Of a stretch of DNA of 64,000 bases, positions 8,301-17,925 are shown piece by piece (positions within the stretch are counted from its first letter, which is position 1; every line of letters starts with the position of its first letter). The notes under the pieces are model-generated. The model ran no database searches. It saw only the letters and a list, made by a program, of their open reading frames with translations, and had not been told where the DNA came from. This DNA comes from Candidatus Cloacimonadales bacterium (GTDB lineage: Bacteria > Cloacimonadota > Cloacimonadia > Cloacimonadales > JAIOQZ01): positions 3,072,001-3,136,000 of the forward strand of contig OY771587.1 of assembly GCA_963674825.1 (NCBI GenBank). The letters are read 5' to 3'. The position numbers and the translations under genes were made by a program.

Positions 8301-10683
8301 GGCTTCCCGTATTGGTGAGTGTCAAATACATCTCGACCGTTGCTCCCGGAAGCGCTGTTACTGGGTCGGTCATTACGTTGGATACCTCGAGCATCGGACC
8401 GGAGATTGTCAGCGGGATATAGGTAATCCAGTCGCCGGAATCAGATGAAATCGCAAGTTCGAGGTCGAAAATGTTACCGTCAAGGCATTCTGGTGAAACC
8501 GAAACGGTGAAATCGCTGTCGCCATCGGCATCCTGACCGGCGGCAATCGTGCCATAATTGACGGTTGCAGAGGTGATATCGATCTGGTTATCGTCGCACG
8601 TGACAGTCGCCGTAACGCCGGTGATGGAAGTGCTCGAGTAGTTATGGAGCATCACGTTAAACTGAGCCGTTTCGCCTGTGACGGCATCGGCGGTAAAATC
8701 GATTGTCGTGTAATCGACGACCGCGCCCTCGGCCACTTCCGGATTGGTGATGCTGGGCAGGAAGTTGTATTTTGTGACAACAAGCTGAGCGGTACCAGCA
8801 ACAGCCGGATCGAAATAAAGCACGGCAACGCCGTCATTACCCGTCATGGCGCGGGAATCAATCTCGCCGTCTGTCTGAATAAGGGTTACAACAGCACCCT
8901 CGACTGGGTTTCCCTGTGCGTCGGAAACAGTAACTACGTGGGTTGTGGAACCGACTTCTATGGTCATCTGCTGGTCTACAGTGAAAGCTTGCGGAGCGGC
9001 AGTCCGCAGTGTCATCCCAGGATCGCCGAGGAGGTTCTTGCCGATTGTGTACCAGTCGACGTAATCATTCGGATTATCTGGATAGGAATTGTAGAGCGCT
9101 AGCTTACCGAGGTTCAGCGCTGCGCTCAGGTTGGTCATTCCCTCATGGTAGATACCATAAGCAATGGTGCCGGTGATCAAGTTATTAAAGCAGGTATGAG
9201 TGGGGCTGGATGAGCCGATCACAGCTGTAACACCGGTTGGATTGGCAGGAGTACCAGCCCGGAGGAACGATTCGATGACGCATTCCGTGCCGGACCCGAA
9301 TGTTCCCGTGTAGCACGTAATAGCAGTCATGAATGGGTTCATGTTGTAATTGAAAAGATTATAGGAATCGGAATTAACCCAGTTACTGAAGTTGCCGAAT
9401 CCGCGATAGAAATACGCTCCAACACCGTTGTTGAGCGCGTTAGATATCTGCATGACGAACGGATCTGAGTTGATGAATGTAACATCGTATGCTGGGTTGT
9501 AGCCCATCATCATCTCTTCAACATAGAGCATTGTGGTGTTGGTGGAAATGCCTGAGGAATAGTAATCGCCAACTAAAAGAATGCGCTCGATCCAGTTGTC
9601 GTCGGTGATGGGCTCGATCTCGTATTTCATTATTTTGGAGATAATCGTTTGTAACTGTGTTATCGAATTGAACGAGAGGCGTCCGATCAGAACTTCCGGG
9701 AAAAGATCGTCACCGTCGAGCAGCGTATAAGGGTGATCCCCGTGAACAGAATGCGTCCCGTACTCTTCCCAGAATGTCGGGATCGTGAAGCTGCTGTTTG
9801 CGTCACCAAGGATACAGATGAACTCGGGCGGGTTATCCCATGTATCGTATGCATTTTGGATGTAGTCTCCGATAGCGATTGTATTATTACCAATGGTGGA
9901 TGTGTCCAAAAGGTTGACTTCATGGCCTTTAGCGTGTTTCCACTGAATGAATCCCTGTATGGTTGAAAGGACTTCGGCTGATCCATCATAGATGAATAAA
10001 TACGATCCGGGCATTTGCTCGCTACGGTCAGTTGCTTGAGCCGGGTTCGCCGTCATTTCTCTTGCCATGCTCTGGAAGATCGGCGAAGATGCTGTAGTGC
10101 GTCTGGGCGAGAGACCACGGCTATCGGACACATAGCTGAGTTCGATCTCGATCTCACGGGCGACAAATAGCTTCTCTTCATGCGCATCGTAACGGAATGG
10201 GTGCACGATCACGCGCTGAAGCACGGTATTGCGCATGATTCCTGCATCGCCAAGCTCGGCAGATTCGATCAGATCGCGTTCCGACTGATAATATGTGTCA
10301 GGATCTATTGTGTAGGTCAGAATCTGGTCCCTTACATCATCCAGATCACGGTTTGGAAGGAGGTACGTGTTCTCGATAACCTCTTCGTCTCGGACCGTGT
10401 AGCTTATATTGACCCGAACACCGGCAGGGATATTGACTAGCGTTGAAAAGACCGGAAGTTCCGGAGTACCGGGAATTCCAGCCCAATCCTCCGGGTAGGA
10501 ATCGGATAGCTTGATTTTCTGCATGCCTTCCACGTCTGTAAGGTCATAAGACGGCGTGCGGAAGACCAAACGGGTTTCAAAGTCATTGTTGTTAATACAG
10601 TTAAAGTCAGTCGGAAGGGCGCTAAGAGTTGAAATCAGCGTCAGAAGCGCCACCAGTGTCATCAATACTCTCCAATAATGCAT
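5344..10683 (-). CDS. Gingipain-like peptidase family C25 protein with propeptide, Ig-like repeats and C-terminal FlgD-Ig/T9SS-like domain
   Basis: Signal peptide; propeptide motif GTPELP; C25 motifs WKHAKG, PEFICILGD, DHPYTLLDGDD, IGRLS and NLLGDP; C-terminal NHPNPFNPTTSIRF...SSGVYFIRI...KALLLK. Confidence 0.9.
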   Translation of the reverse strand: MHYWRVLMTLVALLTLISTLSALPTDFNCINNNDFETRLVFRTPSYDLTDVEGMQKIKLSDSYPEDWAGIPGTPELPVFSTLVNIPAGVRVNISYTVRDEEVIENTYLLPNRDLDDVRDQILTYTIDPDTYYQSERDLIESAELGDAGIMRNTVLQRVIVHPFRYDAHEEKLFVAREIEIELSYVSDSRGLSPRRTTASSPIFQSMAREMTANPAQATDRSEQMPGSYLFIYDGSAEVLSTIQGFIQWKHAKGHEVNLLDTSTIGNNTIAIGDYIQNAYDTWDNPPEFICILGDANSSFTIPTFWEEYGTHSVHGDHPYTLLDGDDLFPEVLIGRLSFNSITQLQTIISKIMKYEIEPITDDNWIERILLVGDYYSSGISTNTTMLYVEEMMMGYNPAYDVTFINSDPFVMQISNALNNGVGAYFYRGFGNFSNWVNSDSYNLFNYNMNPFMTAITCYTGTFGSGTECVIESFLRAGTPANPTGVTAVIGSSSPTHTCFNNLITGTIAYGIYHEGMTNLSAALNLGKLALYNSYPDNPNDYVDWYTIGKNLLGDPGMTLRTAAPQAFTVDQQMTIEVGSTTHVVTVSDAQGNPVEGAVVTLIQTDGEIDSRAMTGNDGVAVLYFDPAVAGTAQLVVTKYNFLPSITNPEVAEGAVVDYTTIDFTADAVTGETAQFNVMLHNYSSTSITGVTATVTCDDNQIDITSATVNYGTIAAGQDADGDSDFTVSVSPECLDGNIFDLELAISSDSGDWITYIPLTISGPMLEVSNVMTDPVTALPGATVEMYLTLTNTGSQAFEAVTCQIASVSQLVTISDDNGTFGDIEPNEATDNASSPYSVTIGEDAITGTIIPFTAIATNSDGITQALEFDLHIGNPSVTDPTGPDNYGYYCYDDGDTQYDDCPVYDWIEIDPNYGGNGTSLEMNDHSENGSGNMITIDLPFNFRFYEINYNQLSISSNGYIVLGPYYTFEWMNWPIPGPFVPCPLIAPFWDDLLTTDGNVYYWYDQQNHAFIVQWSRLENRYDGSPETFQAILYDPAYNSTLLGDSKIKFQYMEINNVDMGNYYNAEIDHGEYATVGIADHTTHNGIEYTYSNSYSITAKELEDEMAILFTGPNVPVPYAHPYVSDIDMTDLGGNTNGLIDFGETVQIALAMSNLGLATATDVYAIITTTDPNADIQQGTITFPDIENGESASSNQSFILDIADNCPNDHTVNLTLMLYYSGMTKQLLIPFVVYSPELEIVDFSITDNNDNQIEAGEVGTFTFTMARNSYLNAEDVTVSFETENAAFTISPSSYSFSEITDEEVEVAFNVSFADTTYNGERVDFNLHLEYNDAFDIDQPVSYVFGHPELLFSDSFDGDYDPFVWMQMQGAYSETNFAGGETGEYVLTSISYDARTAITREFSPMDLQKLIIKAKYINLGYNVEYGILIEQNSAPFSSAFIWTDHAIMNEPGELYIEYTPDIAFDDDVILIFYIFNTPGGHTQQFYFDDVEIRTIKHNPGVLQGMVTLDGGNATPDEVTMLVGSNEYSVNEDGTFCHYLPEGTYTISATLNGYIPFYTSNVVVTHSQTTQVNIELQHLTAPTNLEGEQDGDVINLTWDYNGTRTRSESKGRKSGDSRTLDYFDVIMVYNNNFVLHHETDELSYPLDLLAPGHFEIYVKARHLGGYWSEESNHIELDYVANDNDVPDAPECFALHQNHPNPFNPTTSIRFDLPQASSKCLLAIYNVRGERVATLVDGPRKAGRYTEQWNGRNQRGEAVSSGVYFIRIETDTDKSIRKALLLK

Positions 10684-10869
10684 ATCTCTCTCTCCTCAGA
10701 ACATGATGTGTTTATCTATGCAAAACCCAGACCAATGGCACAATTAGACACGAAGTTGTTGACAATACCCCCGATACAATAATTAGATGACGGTGAGAAA
10801 GTTGTCAATGAACAATTTCGTACGTTTCTTGTGCACTGGTGGACAATAAATTTTTATTGAAGGATCGCT

Positions 10870-12087
10870 ATGGTAAGGCACTGCATCGAAGTTGCTGGCT
10901 CTAAGTCGATTATGGCAAGGGTACTGATGATTGCCGGATTCGAGACAAAATCGATCCGGATCAAGAATCCTGCCGTATGCGATGATACCCAGGAACTGCT
11001 GGATGCCTTCGAAACACTGGGAGTGCGATATCAGAAATACGATAACTATCTCGAAATCCAGCCATTCAAGTATCCACTTGAAAGCCCGGATTCACTGTGT
11101 TTCAATGGTTCGGCCACAGCGCTGCGATTTATGATTGCGCGACTCGCGGTAATAAATGGTCTCGAAGTGGAGATTACATTGAGCGAGAAACTTGCTGGGC
11201 GTCCTCACCGTGAACTAATAGATGCGCTTCCCGGTACGACTGTTTCTGAGGACGGTGCGAGCATCAAGATAAAAGGCCAACACATAAATCGGCTTGAACT
11301 GAACAGCTCAGGCAGTATCAGCAGCCAGTACGTCAGTGCGATGATGCTTGCCGCACCTTTCACGGAGCATGGATTCAAGATGACAATCCCGGAAAGTCAG
11401 GTTTCGATGCCGTATATCGAAATGACTGCACGGGTAATGCGCGATTTCGGTGCAAATGTAACATACGCAGATGACCTCATTCACGTACCTGGGAGGCAGA
11501 AATATCGTTTGCCGGATATATACGAGATAGAACCGGATGCTTCCACGGCAGCGTTCTGGCTGGTTGGGGGATTGATTGTCGAACGAGCGGTTCCGATCCG
11601 GTATCCCAGTGTGGATTCTCTTCAAGGAGATGCAAGGTTTCTGGATGTACTTTCACGGATGGGTGCACGAATCGAACGTTGTGACCGGTGCGTGAAGGCT
11701 ATTCCCGAGCGGATGCATGGCATCGACGTGGATATGCGAGACATGCCGGATTGTGTGCCGCCGCTAGTGATGCTGGCGCTTCGGATGAAGAATCGTACTC
11801 GCATCAGTGGAATCGGGCACCTCAGATGGAAGGAAAGCAACCGTATCGAGCGGCTTGTATCGCAGGTGCGGCGTATCGGTGGTAAGATTGCATTTGAGAA
11901 TGATACGCTGATCATCGATCCACTCGAAAAGCTTCTGGATACTGTAATCATCGAGACAGGATCGGATCACCGGATTGCGATGGCATTCGCGATTTTGGGG
12001 CTGCGTTGTAAGAATATCGAGATCGATGATCTGGGATGTGTAAGCAAGTCGTGCGATAATTTCTGGAAGGTACTCAGGCAGATATAG
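10870..12087 (+). CDS. aroA: 3-phosphoshikimate 1-carboxyvinyltransferase (EPSP synthase)
   Basis: Motifs GSKS, SSQYVSA, S-x-PYIEMT, EPDAS, QGD, KESNR, DHRIAMAF, VSKS. Confidence 0.93.
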   Translation: MVRHCIEVAGSKSIMARVLMIAGFETKSIRIKNPAVCDDTQELLDAFETLGVRYQKYDNYLEIQPFKYPLESPDSLCFNGSATALRFMIARLAVINGLEVEITLSEKLAGRPHRELIDALPGTTVSEDGASIKIKGQHINRLELNSSGSISSQYVSAMMLAAPFTEHGFKMTIPESQVSMPYIEMTARVMRDFGANVTYADDLIHVPGRQKYRLPDIYEIEPDASTAAFWLVGGLIVERAVPIRYPSVDSLQGDARFLDVLSRMGARIERCDRCVKAIPERMHGIDVDMRDMPDCVPPLVMLALRMKNRTRISGIGHLRWKESNRIERLVSQVRRIGGKIAFENDTLIIDPLEKLLDTVIIETGSDHRIAMAFAILGLRCKNIEIDDLGCVSKSCDNFWKVLRQI

Positions 12088-12112
12088 AAAAAGGCAGGCT
12101 CGAAGGCCTGCC
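12088..12112 (-). terminator. Intrinsic terminator between convergent aroA and TPR genes
   Basis: GGCAGGC/GCCTGCC stem with A5 on the left, which is a U-tract on the minus strand. Confidence 0.7.
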
Positions 12113-12122
12113 CATATCAATT

Positions 12123-12749
12123 CTAATGAAGCTTCTCTTTTGCTTTCTGTGAGCCGTACTGCGCCGCGAGCTGATAGTTTTCTTTCGCGACATCGTGCTG
12201 CCCGAGTTTATCGTAGCATTCGGCAAGGAAATAGTACGCGTCGGGATTCTCATAATTCGCTTCCAGCGCTCGATTGAAGTAGATAATAGCGTTATCCCAG
12301 TCCTGAAGCTGGAAATAGCTGCTGGCGAGCGGGAAGAAAACTACTTGCATATTCTGATCGAGTTCAAGCGCTTTTTTAAATGCCACAATAGCGTCTTCGT
12401 GACACTTGCGGATTTTCATGTCGATCAACGCAATCTTGTCCAGATCGACATTCACGTTGATATCCTTTCCGTTCCTGACATTCTGACCATCGGCATTGAC
12501 CGACCGTTCTTTGGATATCTCGAGAAGAAGCGGAACAGCCATCTTGGCACGGACGCGTCCTTTGCGGAAATAAAGATCGGGGTTATTGGGCTCGATTGCG
12601 ATGGCTCGGTTGTATTTGTCCAGTGCGATATCGAATTGCATCGTGCTCTCGTAGTATTCGCCGTGTTCGACCTTGGTCTTTGCATTACCTGCGCAGGCAA
12701 ACAATGAGAATGAAATCACAATCGCGAAAATCCATTGTATATACTTCAT
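12123..12749 (-). CDS. TPR-repeat lipoprotein
   Basis: Lipobox LFAC; TPR consensus repeats (AIAIEPNNPDLYFRKG, AIIYFNRALEANYENPDAYYFLA). Confidence 0.85.
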   Translation of the reverse strand: MKYIQWIFAIVISFSLFACAGNAKTKVEHGEYYESTMQFDIALDKYNRAIAIEPNNPDLYFRKGRVRAKMAVPLLLEISKERSVNADGQNVRNGKDINVNVDLDKIALIDMKIRKCHEDAIVAFKKALELDQNMQVVFFPLASSYFQLQDWDNAIIYFNRALEANYENPDAYYFLAECYDKLGQHDVAKENYQLAAQYGSQKAKEKLH

Positions 12750-12822
12750 CTAGATCCTCCTGAGAAGTTACGTTCTTCAAATATTGTGCTCAATGAAATG
12801 CATGGCGTCAAGATAATAATCA

Positions 12823-13929
12823 TTATTTAGGGTTTATCAAAGAAGGAAATCTATGTTCGTTGATTTTTTTTGCTGCTTGATGCATTTTTTGCTTTTCGAG
12901 GGCTGCAAACCGATAGGGGGCATCATGAAGCGAGGTTTCAATCGGCAGGATTTCGTATTGAATTCCGGAAGTGTCGTAAAATGCGTGCATCCATAGCGGT
13001 ACACATTTAGCGGTAGCCACCTCGATGTCATCGTTGCACTCGAGTTCGATAAGAAGTACAACGCCGGTTTGGGTCTCGATAGTATTGGTGTACTTTTCCA
13101 GTTGCGAGGAGACGCAGTTTCCCAGCGAATAGAATACCGGTACACCGTCGATGATCTCATTTTCCTGTATAACATGCGGATGAGTTCCGACGATAAGATC
13201 AGCGCCACATTCGACGATTTTCTTCGCCATGGTTCGCTGTAGTTCATTGGAGTGAGTAGCATATTCGATGCCCCAGTGAGGTAGCACGATGAGGAAATCG
13301 CTTGATTTCGCTGCCTGACGGATATATGTTTCAAGCTTTGGATCGTCAATATAGTTGATGTGACGTAATGCCGAATTGGCCGTTACATTTTTGCGGTTTC
13401 CATTGCTTCCATAAGTAAAGGCGAGAAAGCCGATTTTCACGCCGTGAGTTTCTTTTATCAGGAAGCGCAGAGAATCCTGCTCAAGAACGGTTCCGCAGTT
13501 TTTAAGGCCGGTCTCGCGAATTTTCGTGATGGTCCGCTTCAATCCGGCGAGACTGTAGTCCAGGCAGTGATTGTTCGCGGTCTGGAGAATATCAAAACCG
13601 CATGAATCGAGCGCTGTAAGGATATGATCTGGAGAATTGAATCGCGGGTATCCCGAATAGGGAATTTCTGTTCCGGCGAGCACGGTTTCAAGATTGCAGA
13701 CGGCGATATCGGCTGAATCGACAATACCTTTCAGCCCTCGAACGATGGGGAAGAAGTCGTAAGCGTGATTGACGTCATCCCACGCAGAACGATAAACAGA
13801 CCGGTGGAGCATCATGTCGCCGGTGAAGGCAAGCGTGATTCTGACAGGCTTCGGCTGTTCTTGCTCTGGCTGCTTTTCTGCAATAGTGCAGCCTGCGAGG
13901 AAAATCAAGATAACGATCAGTATTCTCAT
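12823..13929 (-). CDS. CapA/PgsA-family metallophosphatase-fold lipoprotein
   Basis: Lipobox LAGC; motifs FTGDMMLH, NLET, YSGYPRFNSP, ANNHCLD, PHWGIEY, GTHPHVIQ, YSLGN. Confidence 0.9.
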   Translation of the reverse strand: MRILIVILIFLAGCTIAEKQPEQEQPKPVRITLAFTGDMMLHRSVYRSAWDDVNHAYDFFPIVRGLKGIVDSADIAVCNLETVLAGTEIPYSGYPRFNSPDHILTALDSCGFDILQTANNHCLDYSLAGLKRTITKIRETGLKNCGTVLEQDSLRFLIKETHGVKIGFLAFTYGSNGNRKNVTANSALRHINYIDDPKLETYIRQAAKSSDFLIVLPHWGIEYATHSNELQRTMAKKIVECGADLIVGTHPHVIQENEIIDGVPVFYSLGNCVSSQLEKYTNTIETQTGVVLLIELECNDDIEVATAKCVPLWMHAFYDTSGIQYEILPIETSLHDAPYRFAALEKQKMHQAAKKINEHRFPSLINPK

Positions 13930-14087
13930 GCTGCAGCGTGGTAATAAATATCTGATTTGTAAAGCTATTTCGGTGATGTTGTGCTTTCGGGTACCTGAAA
14001 GGATATCAAGAACGGTCGGGAGTAATTGCTTGACAGATCGGATTGCAGATTGCGAGCTTGCGGAGAATACTCAATAAGGGATGAGCC

Positions 14088-15023
14088 ATGAAAAGACTTC
14101 TTTCGATCATGCTGCTTCTGGGCATCGTCGCGACAGGCTTTGCGATCAGCAATACCTATCCGATGGTGACAATTGGTTACAGCTTCAACAGCGATGCTAA
14201 GTTCAACGATCCGTATGACAATGACACCGGGTTGGGTGGTGTTACAATTGGTATGAAAACTATGGATGTGGATTTCGCATATCCGATGTTCTTCCACAAC
14301 AACCGTACGATTTTCATTCCTTCTGGAGAGTACAGCTACGTGGAATCCTTTTACAAGCATGAACCGGAGCATACAAATAATCAGAAAATGACCGACTTTC
14401 AGATCGGTTTGCGACTATATCGTGATTTTGGAAGCTCTTTTCGGATAAAAGCTCATGTCGCCCCTGGGTTGTCATCCGATTATCGAAACGATATCTCCTC
14501 CGACGACTTTGTTCTGCGTGGTGGTCTTACGATAGACTTGAGGCTGAGCGAGTATCTCAGCATGGAGGCCGGCGCTGTATACGACACTCCCTTCGGCAGG
14601 CAGGAAATCGTTCCTGTGTTGGGTGCGACGTGGGAGAAAGGTGATTTCTATGCATCCGCGCTACTGCCGCTTTCTGTCGATGTGCGCTGGAAATGGAATC
14701 GCGAAATGACGTTTGGTGTGCTGGGAAATGTTTCTGGCTATCATTTCAATATCAAAGATGGCGAGCCGGAAGAGGATGAGATTTACGATGACGATTTCCA
14801 GGTCGTCGATTATCTTGAGTATTCACGCGTCGATGTAGGTCCAATCGTTTACTGGAATATTTTCGATAACTTCTGGTTTGATATCCAGTCCGGCGTTACA
14901 TTCCGCAAGAATTTCCGATTCTACGATAAAGACGAAGAGGAAATGAGGTTTATGGACTACTCCAGCGAACCTTCCTGGTTCCTGAGTATCACGACACGCT
15001 ACCGCATCCCAATGCCTGAATAA
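14088..15023 (+). CDS. Outer-membrane beta-barrel protein (DUF6268-like)
   Basis: Signal peptide, amphipathic beta strands, PGLSSD and VPVLGATW segments. Confidence 0.7.
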   Translation: MKRLLSIMLLLGIVATGFAISNTYPMVTIGYSFNSDAKFNDPYDNDTGLGGVTIGMKTMDVDFAYPMFFHNNRTIFIPSGEYSYVESFYKHEPEHTNNQKMTDFQIGLRLYRDFGSSFRIKAHVAPGLSSDYRNDISSDDFVLRGGLTIDLRLSEYLSMEAGAVYDTPFGRQEIVPVLGATWEKGDFYASALLPLSVDVRWKWNREMTFGVLGNVSGYHFNIKDGEPEEDEIYDDDFQVVDYLEYSRVDVGPIVYWNIFDNFWFDIQSGVTFRKNFRFYDKDEEEMRFMDYSSEPSWFLSITTRYRIPMPE

Positions 15024-15035
15024 TACTATATTGAT

Positions 15036-15077
15036 AAAAGAAAACCGGCGAGAAGACTGTTCCCGCCGGTTCATTTT
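15036..15077. terminator. Bidirectional intrinsic terminator
   Basis: AACCGGCG...CGCCGGTT stem flanked by A-rich and T-rich tracts, between convergent genes. Confidence 0.75.
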
Positions 15078-15092
15078 ATGATGCAAATAACT

Positions 15093-17522
15093 CTAATTTT
15101 CCAGTAATTCTCTCACCTTCCGAAGCAACGCTACGCGGCTGAAAGGCTTGGATAGTAGCTGTAACTCCTCTTCCTGAAGGAATCGATTGCTGAGCGCGTT
15201 GTAGCTGTATCCACTCACGAAGAGGAATTTTGCGTTCGGATCGATTTCGCGGACTTTGTCACGTACCACTCGTCCGCTGAATTTGGGCAAGATAACATCG
15301 AGTACCGCTATATCGATTTCGTTCTTATGCTCTTTGAATACCTCGATCGCTTCTTCACCGTTGGATGCCTTTAAGACTGTGTAGCCGGCTTTTTCCAGGA
15401 TGATGGAAGAAAGTTCTATTAACATCTGATCGTCTTCGACCAGCAAGATAGTCTCATTTCCGCCTGGAACCTCGGTTTCGCTTTCGAACATGTCTTTGAT
15501 TTCGCCCTTTTCGGCCTGTGGGAAGTAGATTTTAAAGGTTGTTCCCTGGCCCGGTTCGCTATAGACGTAGATCATACCGTTGTGTTGTTTCACGATTCCA
15601 TAGACTGTTGCCAACCCAAGCCCGGTTCCCTTGCCCACTTCTTTGGTTGTGAAGAAGGGTTCGAAGATTTGTTCACGGGTTGTTTTGTCCATGCCGATGC
15701 CATTGTCGGAGATATTGAGAACCACATAGTTACCGATTTTTGCCCAAGGGTAAATACGTTGGTAGTCTTCAGTCACCACAAAGTTTTTGGTTTCGATAAT
15801 CAATCGTCCACCTTCTGGCATGGCGTCCCGGGCATTGATACAGAGATTGATGATCACCTGGTCGATCTGAGCTGGATCGGCGTAAATGGTGCCGGAATTC
15901 TCGTCGAGAAACATCTTCACCTCGATGTCAGCGCCGATGAGCCGTTTAAGTATCTTGAACAGTTCTTTGACCATCGTGTTGAGATTGATGTAGGCAGGTT
16001 GAATCACCTGTTTGCGGCTGAATGTCAGCAGTTGTCTTGTCATGCTGGCTGCCTTACGAGCCGCTTCGTTGATCTGCTCGAGGCTGCTGTGGAGATCCTG
16101 AATATTTTCGGGGGCATCGCATTCGTTGAGCAGGCTGATCTCCGTATAGCCCAGAATAATTTGCAGAAGATTGTTAAAGTCGTGTGCGATACCGCCGGCA
16201 AGCTGCCCGATCGCTTCCATTTTCAACGCTTGGTTGAGCTGCTGCTCGAGCTGTTTCTTTTCGGTCTGGTCGATACAAGCTCCAACCCAACGAATTGGCT
16301 TCCCATCGGGCCCGACTTGAGGGATACCGTAGTCAACCCATTCGCGCCATAATCCGGCTCGGGTTCGGATTCTGTAACTATCCTGGATCGGATCCACGCA
16401 TTCACGATGCTTGTTGACCGAGTCTTTAAACTTATCCTGGTCATCCGGGTGGATATGCTCAACCCAAGTCTTCAGGTCGTGCTTGAAGCCCCCAGGTTCG
16501 TACCCGAGAACTTTATCAATATCGCCGTACCAGTTGAGAATGTCGGAATTGACGTCCCATTCGTAGATAAGATCGGTAACTGTGCTGGCTGCGAGCCTGA
16601 AACGTTGCTCACTCTGGTGCAGGTTTTGATATGCGGTTTCGATATCGGTGATATCGCGTGTGATCCCCTGGATTTCGGTAAGGTGACCGTCCTGTCCGTA
16701 GAGAGGCACGATACGCGTCTCCAGCCAGTAGGTTTTACCGTTTGCGTCGGCTTTTTCAAATTGATAACGCTCACCACTGCTTGTTGTGGTCAGGATATTG
16801 GCTAGTTCAGCGATTTTCTTCAGCATCGGCTCATGATCGAAGAGCTTACTGATATGCTGTCCGAGAAACTCGCTATAGCCGAACTTCAGCATCTTGCCGA
16901 GTGCCGGGCTGATATAGCTGAATTTCCCATTGGGGGTGACTCTCCAGACGATGTCCTGAAGGTGCTCGATCAGTTCCCGGAAACGAGCCTCGCTTTTTCT
17001 GAGCTCATTCTCTGTGAGTTTGCGGTTGTGAACTTCGACTTCAAGCTCTTTGACCTTTTTCTCCAGCTTGTCGGAGAGCACTTGTGTATATTTTTTATCG
17101 AGTGTATCGTCGGCTTCGGTGATTTCCTTTGGTGCTATGATACGGCCTTCATTGATGTCGCGCGTATAGCTGTTGATAATCTCGATGAGATGCTCAGGTT
17201 CCTGCGGTTTGATAACGAACCGGTCGGCACCGAGGCTTAACGCGAATTCTTCGTCTTTAGGCTCAGTATACGTTGCGGTGTAGAAGATAAAGGGTATCTG
17301 ATTGAGCGTGATATCGCGTTTCCAACGGCGGCAGAGCTCGAATCCATCCATTTCCGGCATAAGGATATCGGATATAATAAGATCGGGTTTATTTCGGAGG
17401 GCCACTTCGAGCGCTTCCTTGCCATTTTCGGCGGCAACGACATCATGTCCGTATCCCTGGAGCAGCATTTGCAGAAGATAGCGATTTTCCTGAATATCAT
17501 CGACAATTAGCAACTTGCTCAT
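15093..17522 (-). CDS. Hybrid histidine kinase REC-PAS-PAS-HisKA-HATPase-REC (CckA-like)
   Basis: N-terminal REC (IVDD, ISDILMP); two PAS/PAC domains; H-box LAGGIAHDFNN; NARDAM; FEPFFTTK; GTGLGL; C-terminal REC. Confidence 0.93.
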   Translation of the reverse strand: MSKLLIVDDIQENRYLLQMLLQGYGHDVVAAENGKEALEVALRNKPDLIISDILMPEMDGFELCRRWKRDITLNQIPFIFYTATYTEPKDEEFALSLGADRFVIKPQEPEHLIEIINSYTRDINEGRIIAPKEITEADDTLDKKYTQVLSDKLEKKVKELEVEVHNRKLTENELRKSEARFRELIEHLQDIVWRVTPNGKFSYISPALGKMLKFGYSEFLGQHISKLFDHEPMLKKIAELANILTTTSSGERYQFEKADANGKTYWLETRIVPLYGQDGHLTEIQGITRDITDIETAYQNLHQSEQRFRLAASTVTDLIYEWDVNSDILNWYGDIDKVLGYEPGGFKHDLKTWVEHIHPDDQDKFKDSVNKHRECVDPIQDSYRIRTRAGLWREWVDYGIPQVGPDGKPIRWVGACIDQTEKKQLEQQLNQALKMEAIGQLAGGIAHDFNNLLQIILGYTEISLLNECDAPENIQDLHSSLEQINEAARKAASMTRQLLTFSRKQVIQPAYINLNTMVKELFKILKRLIGADIEVKMFLDENSGTIYADPAQIDQVIINLCINARDAMPEGGRLIIETKNFVVTEDYQRIYPWAKIGNYVVLNISDNGIGMDKTTREQIFEPFFTTKEVGKGTGLGLATVYGIVKQHNGMIYVYSEPGQGTTFKIYFPQAEKGEIKDMFESETEVPGGNETILLVEDDQMLIELSSIILEKAGYTVLKASNGEEAIEVFKEHKNEIDIAVLDVILPKFSGRVVRDKVREIDPNAKFLFVSGYSYNALSNRFLQEEELQLLSKPFSRVALLRKVRELLEN

Positions 17523-17523
17523 A

Positions 17524-17916
17524 TTATACCTCTTGTGAATTTTGTGGTGACGGAATGTACCTCTTCACATCATCAATAAATGTCTCCGGGTTGATCGGCT
17601 TTTCGATATAGCCTGTGCAACCTGCAGCCAGTGCTTTTTCTTTATCCCCGGGCATGGCATAGGAGGTTACTGCGATAATCGGTGTGTTTGCCTTTCCTTC
17701 GAGCTTACGAAGCCGTTGCGCGACCTCGTAACCGTTCATCTCGGGGAGCTGTATATCCAGAAGAACCATATCGGGATTCTCGTGTTCGACCAATTCGATT
17801 CCGTCGAGACCGTTCATCGCGTAAATGACCTGAAATCCACTCATTTCGAGCAGGTATTTTATCAGATACAGGTTCTTTTCATTGTCTTCGATAATGCAAA
17901 TCTTCCACGTAGCCAT
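17524..17916 (-). CDS. Single-domain response regulator (DivK-like)
   Basis: Motifs IIEDN, LLDIQLP, IIAVTSYAM, YIEKPI; 130 aa with no output domain. Confidence 0.92.
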   Translation of the reverse strand: MATWKICIIEDNEKNLYLIKYLLEMSGFQVIYAMNGLDGIELVEHENPDMVLLDIQLPEMNGYEVAQRLRKLEGKANTPIIAVTSYAMPGDKEKALAAGCTGYIEKPINPETFIDDVKRYIPSPQNSQEV

Positions 17917-17925
17917 TTATTCCTC

